Under the pieces are notes generated by a model, which saw only the letters and a program-made list of their open reading frames with translations, ran no database searches and was not told the DNA's origin. Below, piece by piece: positions 1 to 11,760 of a stretch of 64,000 nucleotides of DNA (positions are counted from its first letter, which is position 1; each line of letters opens with the position of its first letter). Where the stretch lies: positions 124,001 to 188,000 of the forward strand of contig CDMY01000436.1 of the NCBI GenBank assembly GCA_001179505.1, given 5' to 3'. Origin of the DNA: Vitrella brassicaformis CCMP3155. Its lineage: Eukaryota; Protista; Chromerida. The position numbers were made by a program, and so were the translations under genes.

Positions 1-26
1 CATGCAAGCCACACTGTTCTGCTTAC

Positions 27-266
27 CGATGCCATGTTTGTAGAGGCCGATGCAGCAGGGGCTACCTCACTGGCGCCGCCCCCCTCGGTGACGGACGTCG
101 GAGTTTCTTCCTTCTCAGCCGGAGAGCTGGGCGCGGCCGCATCCGAATCGGCCAATGGCGGGAGAGCGCTCAGCCTGCTGTGGTCAGGGGATGGTGTGCC
201 GTTTTCTGAGCTATGGGCCGACTCAGGACGCTTAGAGTTGGTCTGACGACCAATGACTTGATGCAT
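27..266 (-). CDS. Probable first exon of a hypothetical protein (gene continues off the left edge)
   Basis: ATG at 266 opens an 80-codon S/A/P/E-rich frame (MHQVIGRQTNSKRPES...STNMAS) ending at a GTAAGC donor (plus strand gcttac 21-26). Confidence 0.45.
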
Positions 267-415
267 AAGAGGCGGCTGGAAACGACGAGAACCACATCTC
301 TAATGGCACAGAAGAAGCGCGAGTTGAGTGGCGACTCTTGACAAAGCTCGCAGGGTTTGAAACCGCTGCTGGGAGGCGAAGCATTTCATGAGGTGTGCTG
401 TCAGCGGCACAGCTC

Positions 416-1842
416 ATGTTGTGGATGCTGACACTGGCAAGCTTTGTCTTCTCCCTGGCGAGTTGGTCGCCGGCCGCCATGGTGCGTCCCGCATCGCTGG
501 ATCTGTCAGTGTTCGTCCCTCCTCCTCTTCGCCATATCACACCGACGTCGAAACGGGGCCTTCGCACAATCGCAAAAGAGGTGTGCGCGCGACGCACGCA
601 CACCTGGATATATGTGTCTATGTGATCCTTTCAGAGTGATGGCAGGATGCCGTCGCCACAGCCCAAGGAGCAGCCGATACCGAGCGACCCTGATGGTGTA
701 CCAGCAGGTGCGTCGGCGCCATCCATAACACACGAGGGAGAGAGAGGGGAATCCATCGGAACATGCCGTACTCACACACATCTGTCTGCCTGTGTGCTGA
801 TTGACCTTGTGGGCGTGCGTGTGATTCCTTCGTCGGCTTTGTTCAGGCACACCAACGAAGTGTGGTGGCTTGGAGGTTTACGGGCGGTCAGATGAGGAGG
901 TGCGCCAGGGCCTTGACCCGCTGCCCAGGGTCACGCTCCCACCAGAACTCGTCGAACGGCACAAATTCACCCTGTTCCCAGAGACTGGCCGGTGAGTGCT
1001 TCGTCACAGATCAAGCAAGAAACAGCCTTGTTGACTTGAGATCCTCTCCGTTTGCTTCGCACGTGTGTGTGTGTGCAGCTGGACTACGGGGTCTCTCAAG
1101 GACATCAATCTGCTCACGGTGGTTTTCTACGTGTGGCCGTTGTTGGAGCAGATGATATTCCGGGTCGTGTGACACAGAGAACCCACAGGGATGGGTGGGT
1201 GGATTGATTAGCGCAGTGTGTGTGTGTGTGTGTGTTGGACAGACAAACTGCGCTGATCAGGACAACGATGACGACATCTCGATGTCATTTATGGTCGGCA
1301 AGGACGGCAGGACGCCGAGGACAAGCCCATATGACTATCAGAGGCAGATATGGGTGCTGGTCGGCGATGATGAGGAGTATTATGAAGGCACAAAGGCATC
1401 GGAACAGGCCCTCAAGAGGCGCCTAGCGCGACAGGCATTGAGATACGGCTGCTATGTGGACGATGCGCTGCTCAAATGGACTTTCTACAGCTACAACGAC
1501 AAGACGTTCACCCTGGAGGAGATCAGGGAGTTTGACCACAGAAGCAGGATGTCGCAAGAGGGCCAGCCGCAGGAGATAGTGGACTTCATGGCGGAGCTCC
1601 TGCGCAGAGACGACACAAATCTGCCGTTTGCCACATGGGAAGAACTCAGGAGCCAGCAGCAGAACAGGTGCGTGTGTCGTCAGGCAGACAGACAGAGAGA
1701 GAGAGAGAGACAGATAGAGATAGAGAGAGAGGCCAGTGGGTGCGCGAGTGAATGTGTGTTCCACACATAAAAATGCGTTTGCAGATTGGAGCGTCTGCGA
1801 GAGGAGGCGGCGGAAGCAGCTGAGAGAGGTGTGGAGCCATGA
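416..1842 (+). CDS. Hypothetical multi-exon protein with N-terminal signal-peptide-like segment
   Basis: Frame-consistent GT-AG splicing: MLWMLTLASFVFSLASWSPAAMVRP...IAKE|SDGRMPSPQ...VPAG|TPTKCGGLEVYGR...|WTTGSLKDINLL...|large exon of ORF 1195-1770|LERLREEAAEAAERGVEP stop. No family recognised. Confidence 0.6.
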
Positions 1843-2321
1843 TTGACTGACGACGGATAGAGCCAGTAGATGCTTGAACTGTAGTGCGGCACAACGCATG
1901 TATGTATGCAAGTCGGCCAGCGTTTGCTTTTCGTTTTCGACCCATTCATTATGTACTCATTGTTTGTATCACTTGGCTGTATCCAGCCGGTTGGGCGTGC
2001 TTAGGATGGGACAGATCCAGTCTTCCAGACAGGCACACGACACTTGTACATAGGATGGTTAGATGGAATCATAGGGATGGGTGGGTGGACAGGCCTTCAG
2101 GCTTCAATGTGCATGCTTCGTGTGTGTCCATGCTGCCTGTGTGTATGGGTGTGCTGTGGACGCGGAAGATGTCCGATTGGTTGCTGTTTTCACCGCACTC
2201 GTGGATCGCGGGGCTTAGGGCTGATCTTCCGCTCAGACCGCGTCCTCCGATTTCTGAGTAGTCCCGATGCTCAGGCCGGACAAAGCACGGCACTAGTGTA
2301 CCATACTATCTGACAAGTATA

Positions 2322-5300
2322 ATGGAGAACCGCCATTTGTTGTACACGCTCTTGCTGACGGTCTTCACCGTGTGTACAACGAAGACCATCCCAGCGGCGT
2401 TCTTGGCAAAGTATCTGACCACCAAGGGGATTACCAACTCCAGCGTCGGTGCGGACAACGAAGTACACGCAGAGAAGCGCCGCGGAGTCGTGGATCTCTC
2501 TGTTTTGTGTTGGTTGTGTCTGCAGGAATGCTCTTTGCCTGCTTCCCTTTCGCTGGATGTAAGCCAGCACATATAAGGGACAAGCGACAACACCGATCTC
2601 GGGCATGTATGTATCGGTCGTCGATCTGTGTGTGATCAGTTGTTTTTGCGCCCATTGGCGGAGCCATTGTGCTGCGAGTCGGCCCAACTGTCTGCCTGTG
2701 TAAGAATTTGTGTAAGGCCAAATGTCACACGGTCACACACACAGCCTGCCTGAGTGTCATCAAGGTGCTCTATCGTGTGTTCAGGTGTGAGCCTGTTGGT
2801 CAGCATTTTCTGCAACGTGTTGATGGCCTTCTCGGGAGTCTATTGGCAGTACCTGGTGGTGCGCATCGTCATGGGCGTGGCCACCATAGCCTTCACCACG
2901 AGCATGTACAGCCTCTGCCCCTTCCTCTTCCCCTCACACCTGACCCTCGTCATCGGACTTGTTGGTCGGCAAGTGACCACACACACACACACTCAGACAG
3001 AAACACAAAGATCTGGTCGATCGATCCCTCCTCGTGCATATCGGTGTGTGTACCTGCAGAAACCACACTCGGGGTTGGCGCTTTCACCGGGAAATTTGTT
3101 GGTGGCGTGTTATTCCAGCTCGGTGGCTTTGCGCTTCCCTTTATCATGACGGCGTGTGTGCTCTTCCTCTGCCTCATCCTGTGTGTCCGATTCCTGCTGG
3201 CCGTGCGCACCAGGGTCAATCCGAGCGGCTCTGATGACGTACTGGTCGACCAGCGGCTGATCAGCTTGGATAAGAGGGAGCGCTCCCTGTCAGACCACCA
3301 CCACCACCACCACCTGCACCACCAGATGGATCCTCATGACGCGTCAGCGCCGTTTATGGGATTTATGGGATACGAACACGAGCACAGGAGGGAAACAGGT
3401 GAGAAGAGAGAGAGAGAGAGAGAGACGGAGCCATTGTGGATGTATGTGTCTTTCTGTGTGTATGTGTGTGTGGTGTCAGAGAGGGGCCTGGTTGCGACCA
3501 AGAGCCCTGTGAGCGGCTGGCACCACCGGGAGCAGCTCACGGCGGAGCAGATGGCCGATCTGGACACTACCGACACATATGTCGCCCCCATCGGGCCCCC
3601 CACCCTTACCCTCCCCCATCCCACAACAGACACTGAAGGATACATTCAGGTGCACACACACTCTTCAAGCATGCACACGCGCATCGCATCTGTCATCCAT
3701 CCCTTGCCTCTGTGTGTGTGTGTGTGTGTGTGTGCAGGACCTCCACACGAGCGAGGCGGCCCAGCCCTCTCCCACCACCCCTCCGCTCCACCCCCAACGA
3801 GCCGCCGACCAGTCTCCGATGTTCGCTGCCTCGCCCGTCAGGCAAGACGAGCAGCTGTCGTCCGTTCCATCCCTCGGCGGCCTCATGAGGCAGAGATACA
3901 GGCGGCGAACCGATTCAGGAGATGATCATGACCTTGGCAGGACAGCGACGGCGGGGTCGGTGAGCCCTCGCTTTGGCGGCCGGCGGGGGGGAGTGGGGTC
4001 TGTCGGAGGGCAGCACAAGGAGGGGGCGTACGGCAGTCATGTGACGTACTGGCAGGTTATGACGACTAAGGTGCTGATGACGCTGGTGGGGGTCTTCCTG
4101 ACCTGCATGTGCTATAGTTTTCCGGATCCCGTGCTGCCCCCACGGATCAACAGTTTCCTTGGTAAGCGCAGAGAGGGAGAGGGCCGCAGGGGAGCGCCAT
4201 CTGCACAGCCGCTTTGTGGTTTGCTTTGTCTCAGGCCCCCTGTCGTCCATGATCATCGGCCTCTTGATGGGGCTGCAGTCGTGCCAATACACGCTCGCAG
4301 CCCTCTTGACGGGCAGGGCAGCGCAGAAGTTTCCTCACTATACCTTTTACATGGCGCTGGGCTACCTGGCCATTCTGCTCGGCTACTGCTGCCTCGGCCC
4401 ACTGCCACCAGGTCGGCAGCCTACAGCAGCCAGCCAGCCAGCCTGCACACACAAAGGGAACGAATCTCCTGTCTGTCTGTCTGTGTGTGTGTGTGTGTAG
4501 TGGAGGCTGCGGGTGTCGTCAGGGACCACTCGCCCGCGGCGTGGGTCGTGCTGGTGAGACATCGCGAGAAAAGTGCATAGATTCACCAGGCAGGGGAGGC
4601 ATTTTGCGTGTCGATGAATGACCTGCAGGTGTTGGCTTTGTCGTTCGTCCCCTGGGGCAATGCGCTGTCGTTTGTGCCATCCATCCCGCTGCTGCATGAG
4701 GACGTCGACGAGATGGGGCCGGCAGCAAAGGAGCTGGTAAGCATGCAACACCGGGTCAGATACCCACTGTGAGTGAACACCCCATCAGTGTGTGGTGTGT
4801 GTGGTGTGTGGCAGGTGGTGAGCCTCTGCGTGTGCAGTATGAGTCTGGGTGAGACGGCAGGGCCCCTGCTCGGTGGTTCCCTCACTTCGGCGACTGGCTT
4901 CGAGTGGGCCTGCACAGCAATGGCCTTTGCCTACGGCATCTTCGGGGTGTGTTTTGTCATCGCCAAGCGGCCCTTCGCCAAGATCACTCTTTTGCGTATG
5001 CGGTACCGAGCGCAGCTGCCGACATTCCGCCTGATGCAAGTGTCGCCCCGCTCACACCGCAGGGCCGAGGCGGCCGAACCTCTTCTGTTGGAGGAGGGTG
5101 GAATGCGGGTGACGGCCGTGGGTGCGGTGCCGCCCAGCCCTGCGCCGTCGGCTCGGAGTGTGCGGACGCTGGGAGATCTGCTTGGCCAGGACCCCGTCAT
5201 CGGTCATCTCACCGTCGTCGGCAGACCCCATCGGCTGCCCAGCGAGGTCAGCTTGTCGGGAGCCGTGTGGGATTGGATGAGGTTTGTGTGTATGCGCCGT

Positions 5301-5959
5301 TCGGTGTGATGTGTGTGCAGGCGGGTACGATCGGGCGGACGGAGACAGTGGTGTCTGGCGTCACAGCGCTGTCACGGGCGTCATACTTCAGCGCACTGTC
5401 CCAGCCGGCGGCCACTCTTGTGGAGGAGCTGCCCTCCACAGGCCTGGTGCCCTTCACCAATCCCGAGATGCTCCTTGCCATCACTTCCGTCAATGCGGCG
5501 GCATCGGCACTGCTCATCAACGACGCACTCGACCGCCTCACTCTCGAGGGCGACCTCGCCGACGAGCCCGAGCGCCTCACGTCCGCACCAACACAAGCCG
5601 TCCCACAGCAGGCGGCCACCACCATGGAGGGCACCGACGATACCGCCCCTCTCTACCGCACTGTCACGGTCACAGAGGTCCCCCCAGCCGCCGTACCCAC
5701 AGCTGAGGCGCCTGTGCCGGCTCCCGTCCCGTCGGCCTTCGGTGTTGATGTGACTGGCAAGCCAATGGCTGACATTGAGGAGGGGAAGCCGCTGCAGATG
5801 GAGCCTGTGCCGCCTCTGGTGCTGGAAGGCGAGACGAGCCCTGCCAGCGGAAGGGCTGCCGGTGCGGTGCCCGACGGCGAGAGGCGGGGCGGGACGAGTG
5901 AGGGGAGCACTGAGTGGGAGGGTAGTGACAGCAGCGGGGGGAAGACCACTGCCGAGTGA
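2322..5959 (+). CDS. Major facilitator superfamily transporter (SLC18B1-like)
   Basis: Many hydrophobic helices across exons, including ETTLGVGAFTGKFVGGVLFQLGGFALPFIM and ETAGPLLGGSLTSATGFEWAC; long central loop and low-complexity C-tail; stop at 5957-5959. Confidence 0.8.
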
Positions 5960-6530
5960 CAGACAGACAGACAGACAGACTGGAGTAGCTTTGTGTCTAG
6001 TGCCATTTGTTGAGCCTTCCTTCATGGATGCCGATTTGTCGGGGTGAGGTTCTTTATGCAGCAGACAGACAGCCGTGCGACGTGGCTTACTCAGCCCTGC
6101 CAACAGACAGACTGAGATGAGCCGTGCCGTCAATCAGCGCTGTTTCTTGATGTGACTCTGTGTGTGCGTGTGTGTGTGTGTGTGTGTGTGAAACTGTGTG
6201 TGTGGTGTCGACATGGACGGACCTCAGGCTCTGTCTTTTTGTGGCTGGCTTCAGCGGTGCCGCGGCCCGGCCGACTGAAGGCAGCTAGCTTTGTGGACTG
6301 AGTGAGTGGTGTATGTGATCCGATCGATGTGGGCTTCCTTCATGTGTTGGTTGCAACCAAGGAACATTTCAAACTCTCTTGACATATATGCCATCGAATC
6401 GCTGTCTGTGTATGTACACTCACTACGAACAGAACATCTCTGTTATCTAAATCAACCAACCACTCGCATCTTATCTATCTTATCTCGCCCCTCTCCCTCT
6501 GACGCGACGCGCATTCGTTCGCACATCTAT

Positions 6531-7936
6531 CTACTTGCCGTTGTCTCCCTGGCCCCCCTGGGCCGCCTTAGTTGCGTCGTCCCTCTCCTTGATCATCTCA
6601 ACCATAGTCTGCAGCCTCAGCCCCCCCACAGCGCCCCACCCCTCCTGGCCCTTGGGGATGTCGGGCCGGAACCTCTCGTACAGCCGATACGATAGGGGGC
6701 CGGCAGACAGCTCTCCTTGTGGGTAGGCGTTGGCCAGGCGGGCCATGAGTGCGTAGACGTCGCCGATGTGAGTGCCGAATTTCTCCCCCAGTGAGTTGTA
6801 TGTGCTCTCGGGGGCGATGGGGATGCCCTTGTTGTTGAGACCGCGGAGACCTTGAGGGGTCTTCTGCACCGGCATGACCTTGCCCATCAGCTCCATCACG
6901 CTTGAGTAGTTCTCGGGGGCCTGGCGCGACGGCTGCTTCTGGTAGATGCCCAGAGACTCACCCTGACCACGCAAGCACAGCACGACACACACAAAGAAAC
7001 TGATGCGGCGAGTCGAGTCGGTAAGTGGGCATCGGTTCGGGAGTGGTCACAAAACTCCCTCCCTACCTTTGCTCGTGCGTACACAGCAGCGATGGCATTG
7101 CCCAGCGACAGCGCCTCCTCCCAGCTGTAGCCAATCCTCTCAGCCACAACACCTGACCAACACACACACACACACACACGCCCCCCCACATACCTCCCTC
7201 CCAATCCGTCCATCCATCCATCCATCCAGTGGTTCTCTGCACTCACTTGCCCAGAGCACCATCACAGGGGACCTATTGACGCTGATGACGACGTCCGTCA
7301 CGTCCTTCCCTGAGGGAGGGGGAGGTCGCAGCGACGACCGGCCGCCGCTGGAATTCTCTGCTGCCGCTGCCTTCTTGGCGGCCTGGCCTGTGTGCTCGAC
7401 TGGCCCGGCTGCCTTGCGTTTCTTGTCGGCGGGTTTGGCCTCGCTGCTGGCTGCTGCTGCTGGCGGCTTGAAGGGACGGCCGTCCTTGTACTTCTTGATG
7501 TGCAGAGCTAGCTCGGTCTCCACACTGAACGAACACACGAGTCGGACGCACACACGCAAATGCAAGACAACGACAGGACAATCCGGTGTGCCTGATGGCA
7601 TGGCAGGGACGTGTGGTTCGGTCAGTGCAGACAGACACGTGTGCAGGCCCTGTCAGTCCTGCCTAGCCTACTTGGATGGCAGGTTGCAGTCCGCCAGTTC
7701 CCCAATCTTCATGTACTTGACGTCATCCACCGTCTTGAAGCCCTTCTTCTGCAGACTTGCCGCCGCCTTCTTGGCTGCGGCGGCAGACACGCCTGCAGGC
7801 AGTGAATGAAATGACACACCGCAGCAGCGAATACACACACACAACGAGCGGAGCGGAGCAGCGCAGACGAAGCACAGACGAGATCCGTGGCCGACCTCTG
7901 ACCTGCTTCCACAATGAACGCCGTCACGTCATCCAT
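6531..7936 (-). CDS. Hypothetical protein: SAM-like N-terminus plus a conserved unknown C-terminal domain
   Basis: Spliced MDDVTAFIVEAG|VSAAAAKKAAASLQKKGFKTVDDVKYMKIGELADCNLP|SVETEL...VNRSPVMVLWA|SVVAERIGYSWEEALSLGNAIAAVYARAK|GESLGIY...LYERFRPDIPKGQEGWGAVGGLRL. Confidence 0.7.
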
Positions 7937-8028
7937 TTCGACCACATCCACTCTCCAACCGGTCCTGTTCTGTTTGGGAGCGAGATCTGCACTGCGAGCT
8001 TTCAAGCTCGCAGCAGAAGGAAAGTGCG
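7937..8028. promoter_or_regulatory. 92-bp spacer between divergent start codons, probable bidirectional promoter
   Basis: ATG at 7936 (minus) and ATG at 8029 (plus) face away from each other. Confidence 0.5.
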
Positions 8029-9308
8029 ATGTCTGAGGGCGAGGCTATCAACGGCGTCCACGGCCATGAGGCCGAGACCTCAGCTGTTCCAAAAGACGAG
8101 CATGAAGGGATGGACGTCATGGTCAAGGCGAACGGGGTGAGTGATGGCGGCGATGCCGCTGTTTCATCTGACCCTCCGACGGAGCAAGAGCCTGCATTCA
8201 AGCACATCGCCACGGTAGATCCGATGGACCGCCAAGTTGGTAAGATCATGCATGGCCATGGGAAGCAACAGGATGATGGTATGCATGTGTGGATGGCCAT
8301 GCATGGCGTGTGGTGTGGTGTGGTGTGGTGTGTCAGATCTGATCCACCAGGCGAATGGGTACAAGAAGGAGGGCAACGAGCTGTTCGGGTCGGGGAATTA
8401 TAAGGAGGCGCTCAAGAAGTACCACCATGTCTTCCTCTACGTCAATGGTCAGGGAGGGAGGGAGGCAGGCACCAACTGTTTAAGACACCTCTCACACACA
8501 CACCGGGCAACTCGCCGAATGCTCTGTCGATCTGCTGTGTGTGTCAGGTTTCGATGGCAAGAAGAAGTACGGCCACATGCTCAGCCCCGAGTTGCTGCAA
8601 GTGCGGACACACACGCCCATGCATTCTTCGTGATCTGATGACTCGTTCGTGTGTGTGTGTGTGTGTGTGTGTGTGAGCAGGACAACAAGCTGAGCGGTCC
8701 GGAGATCACCGAGAGTGAGATCGACGTGGTCAAGCAGCTCAAGGTGCTCACGTATCAGAACATGGCCGCATGTCACTTCAAGCTCGAAAACTACAGACGA
8801 TGCATCGACTGCGCCACCAGTGTAAGCAACGGACATCCAACACACCGACACATAGACAGACAGACAGGTCGACACGAGGCACTGTCCCTCTTTGCCTCTC
8901 TGCCTGCCTGCCTGCCTTGTTGTGTTGCAGGCGATTGAGCTCGACGACACGTCGGTCAAGGCGCATTTCCGTCGTGCTCAGGCGTACATCGAGCAGGGCC
9001 GGCTGGACCAGGCCATGGACGACCTCCACAAGGCCAAACAAATCGCACCAAACGACGCGTACGAACCACACTCGTGCGCATGCATGTTGGCCATGGGTAC
9101 ACGTCCGGCCCCTTGGGGTGTGTGTGTGTGTGTGCGTGCGTGCATGAGTGAGTGCAGGTCGATAGTGGCGGAGATGAAGCGTTGCAAGCAGCTGTCGAAG
9201 GAGCAGGAGGCCAAGAGCAAGGAGACCATGAAGAAGGCGTGGCAGAAGATGGAGAGGGAGAACCGCAGGAAGACGGCCAAGAAACAAGACGAACACAACC
9301 TCGATTGA
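8029..9308 (+). CDS. TPR co-chaperone-like protein (TTC9/FKBP-type TPR clamp)
   Basis: Spliced TPR motifs ANGYKKEGNELFGSGNYKEALKKYH, TYQNMAACHFKLENYRRCIDCAT, VKAHFRRAQAYIEQGRLDQAMDDLHKAKQIAPND, then a basic coiled-coil tail; all junctions GT-AG and in frame. Confidence 0.85.
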
Positions 9309-9816
9309 CTCACTCACTGACCACCCACCTGACCAGGCCAACCGATTGCATCGCATCCCCCTCCTCTCCTGCTGGTGCTTCGTTCGTGCTCCTCCTTTTC
9401 GTTAGTGATGGCATGGCCATCTACTCCCTGTTTCATCAATCGCATTTGGGTGGGCGGGGCGGGGCGAGATTGCGGTGGGCTTGGGATGGTTGTGTGTAGT
9501 GGGTGGGTGGGCGGGGTGGGTGTGGCGCACCCAGCTATGCCAGCCAGGGATGGGACCCATCGGACCACTCGGTGTTGTCTGGCGTGTGTGTATGGCTGGC
9601 TACGTTTTTGCGCAGCTGCGGCAACTAGATAGTCTTAACACGGAAAACATGAAGGCGTCTGGCACGCACGATACTTACGATACGCGTCCAACATAGACGG
9701 CAAGTCGACACGAGCATCGCACCAACACGGCAGCGCAAAATTGTCTCAACCAGTCAGCACTTAAACCATCACCATGCACACCGAGTCATGATTCTCTCAG
9801 CTACCGGGGCAATCGG

Positions 9817-11490
9817 TCAGTTGATGCCCAGCGACACCCACTGCTGGCCTGTCTGGCCGGTGACGTAGCCCAGCTGGCCCCACTGGAACTCACAGTCGTC
9901 ATTGCCCTCCTCGTTGTTGAACCCCTTGACCACCCCCTCCAGCCCGTGTTGCCGCACCTCATCCAGCCGGGCGCGATGCACCACCTCGCGAAGCCCCAGC
10001 CTCCTGTGTGTGTGCAAATGCCCCGCGTCGACAGCGAAGCACTGCAGCTGCGGCACACGCACCATCTGCCCGTCCGGCCCCCGACTCCACCCGCCCACCA
10101 CCTCCCGATTGCTGACTGTCTTGGTCGCTGCCCACTTGACGAAATGTTCAACGGCCCCCCGGACGCGCCGCTTGAGTGCCGATGCGTTGGTGAGGTAGCT
10201 GTTGATGGCGGTGAGTGCGGCGGGGGGGTCGTGCAGGAAGGCCCCGATCTTCCATGCGATGGCGGCGGCCTCCTGTGGTCCGAATGAGAGTGGGGAGGGG
10301 GAGGGCGGGTGGGGGAGGGAGGGGTCCTCGTCGTTGTGGTCCACAAAGGGCAGGATGCGCGTCATGAGGATGTTGGCATCACGCTGGGGGGCGAGGGCGG
10401 CGTTGATGGCGTCCATGACGACGAAGGGCAGCTCGTTGAGTACAACCACGTACTCCTTCAGCACCAGCTCATGCCGCTTGCGCTCAATGGGTGTGGTGGG
10501 CAGCACACTCGTCGAGAGGTCGGCTCCCGCCCGCAGCAGGGACCGCACCAGCAGCTTGAGGTTGCGAATGCCATCAGCTGTCTCGTCCAGCATGTCGTCG
10601 TCGTCGTCGTCGTTGTCGTCAAGCAGGTCTTCCAGTTCCCCTGCAGCATGCCAGAGCGGCGGGGCAACAGCCTGTGCATGGTTGATGTCAGCGGGAGTGG
10701 CAAGACGCTCGCACAGGTAGTCCACCACACAGTGGCTGCCGTGATAGGCGGCAAACCGCAGTGAAAAACGCACTGAGTCGGCCGGTATGGGGTTGCCGTG
10801 GTGCACCAGGGTGTCCATGTACTCGTAGGTGAAGGCCTTGCACAGAAGGGGTCATGAAATAGCTGCGTGGAGCACCGCACGGCCACTCAGTGACGGGTTA
10901 TGCTGCAGCAGCCGGCGGGCCACTCGGATGAGGGCATCGCCATAGGCTTGCGATGGCCGGAGGGGAGGGAAGACGGGAAGACGGAAGGATATATTGTTGA
11001 CTTGATTTGTGGCCAACAACACCTCCACTGCCTCAAAGTTGCCCGTCTCGAACGCCACACGGATCGGCCTCCTCCCGTCACCGGGGTGATGGATGTTGAC
11101 GTTGGCGCCGCAGCTGATGAGCGCCTCGAGTATGTCCCGCTGCAGTTGGCGTGACGACCACGGTGTGAGCAGCAGGGGCGTCTTGAGGTCCGAATCCATC
11201 CGCCACACAGGGGGGACGCTGCCGGTCGGGTCGTCAATCGCCAGCGACAGCAGCGGCACCCACTTGGTGCGTCGATGGACTCCAGATGCCTTCTCGCGGA
11301 GGCCGACCAGTGCGTCGGGGTCGGCTTCTTTGGTCTGGATGAGTCGTGTGGCAATGGCGGGCGTCAGCTCACGGCGCAGAATGCGGTGGACGAGCCGCTT
11401 GGTGGCGGGGCTGGTGTTGTGCTGCCAGCAGAGGTCGATGCCGTCATTCAGTAGAGGCGGCTGGGCGGTGCTATCGGGCTGCTCGGACAT
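9817..11490 (-). pseudogene. Intronless ankyrin-repeat family gene interrupted by one in-frame TGA
   Basis: ORFs 10852-11490 and 9817-10818 share a frame: ...VLHAAIS TGA PLLCKAFTYEYMDTLVHHG... Ankyrin-like motifs ILEALISCGANVN, PIRVAFETGNFEAVEVLL, LVRSLLRAGADL. Confidence 0.7.
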
Positions 11491-11760
11491 GATGGTGATG
11501 GACTACGTCTGCAACACACACAGGCAGGACAACAGGCCTCATCAGCGCTTGCCTTCATCCCTTGTTGGTATCTCACGTGCATGCATTTCGTGAAGCCTAC
11601 CTGATTGAATCAACAGTCGATGTGGTCGCCTGCTGCACTCAATGCCGTCACACAGAGCACGTCACACTGCGTGGAGGAGAAGCGCGTTGAAGATCTGAGC
11701 TAGCTCGCAAAGAGTGAGCCGGGGAGGATTTTGTCACTTTTGCAAAGAGGCTTCCTGACG

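Noticed and set aside
10852-10854. Selenocysteine codon
   Set aside because: The position is not in a redox motif, ankyrin proteins are not known selenoproteins, and I could not identify a SECIS element downstream. Not formally excluded without a SECIS search.
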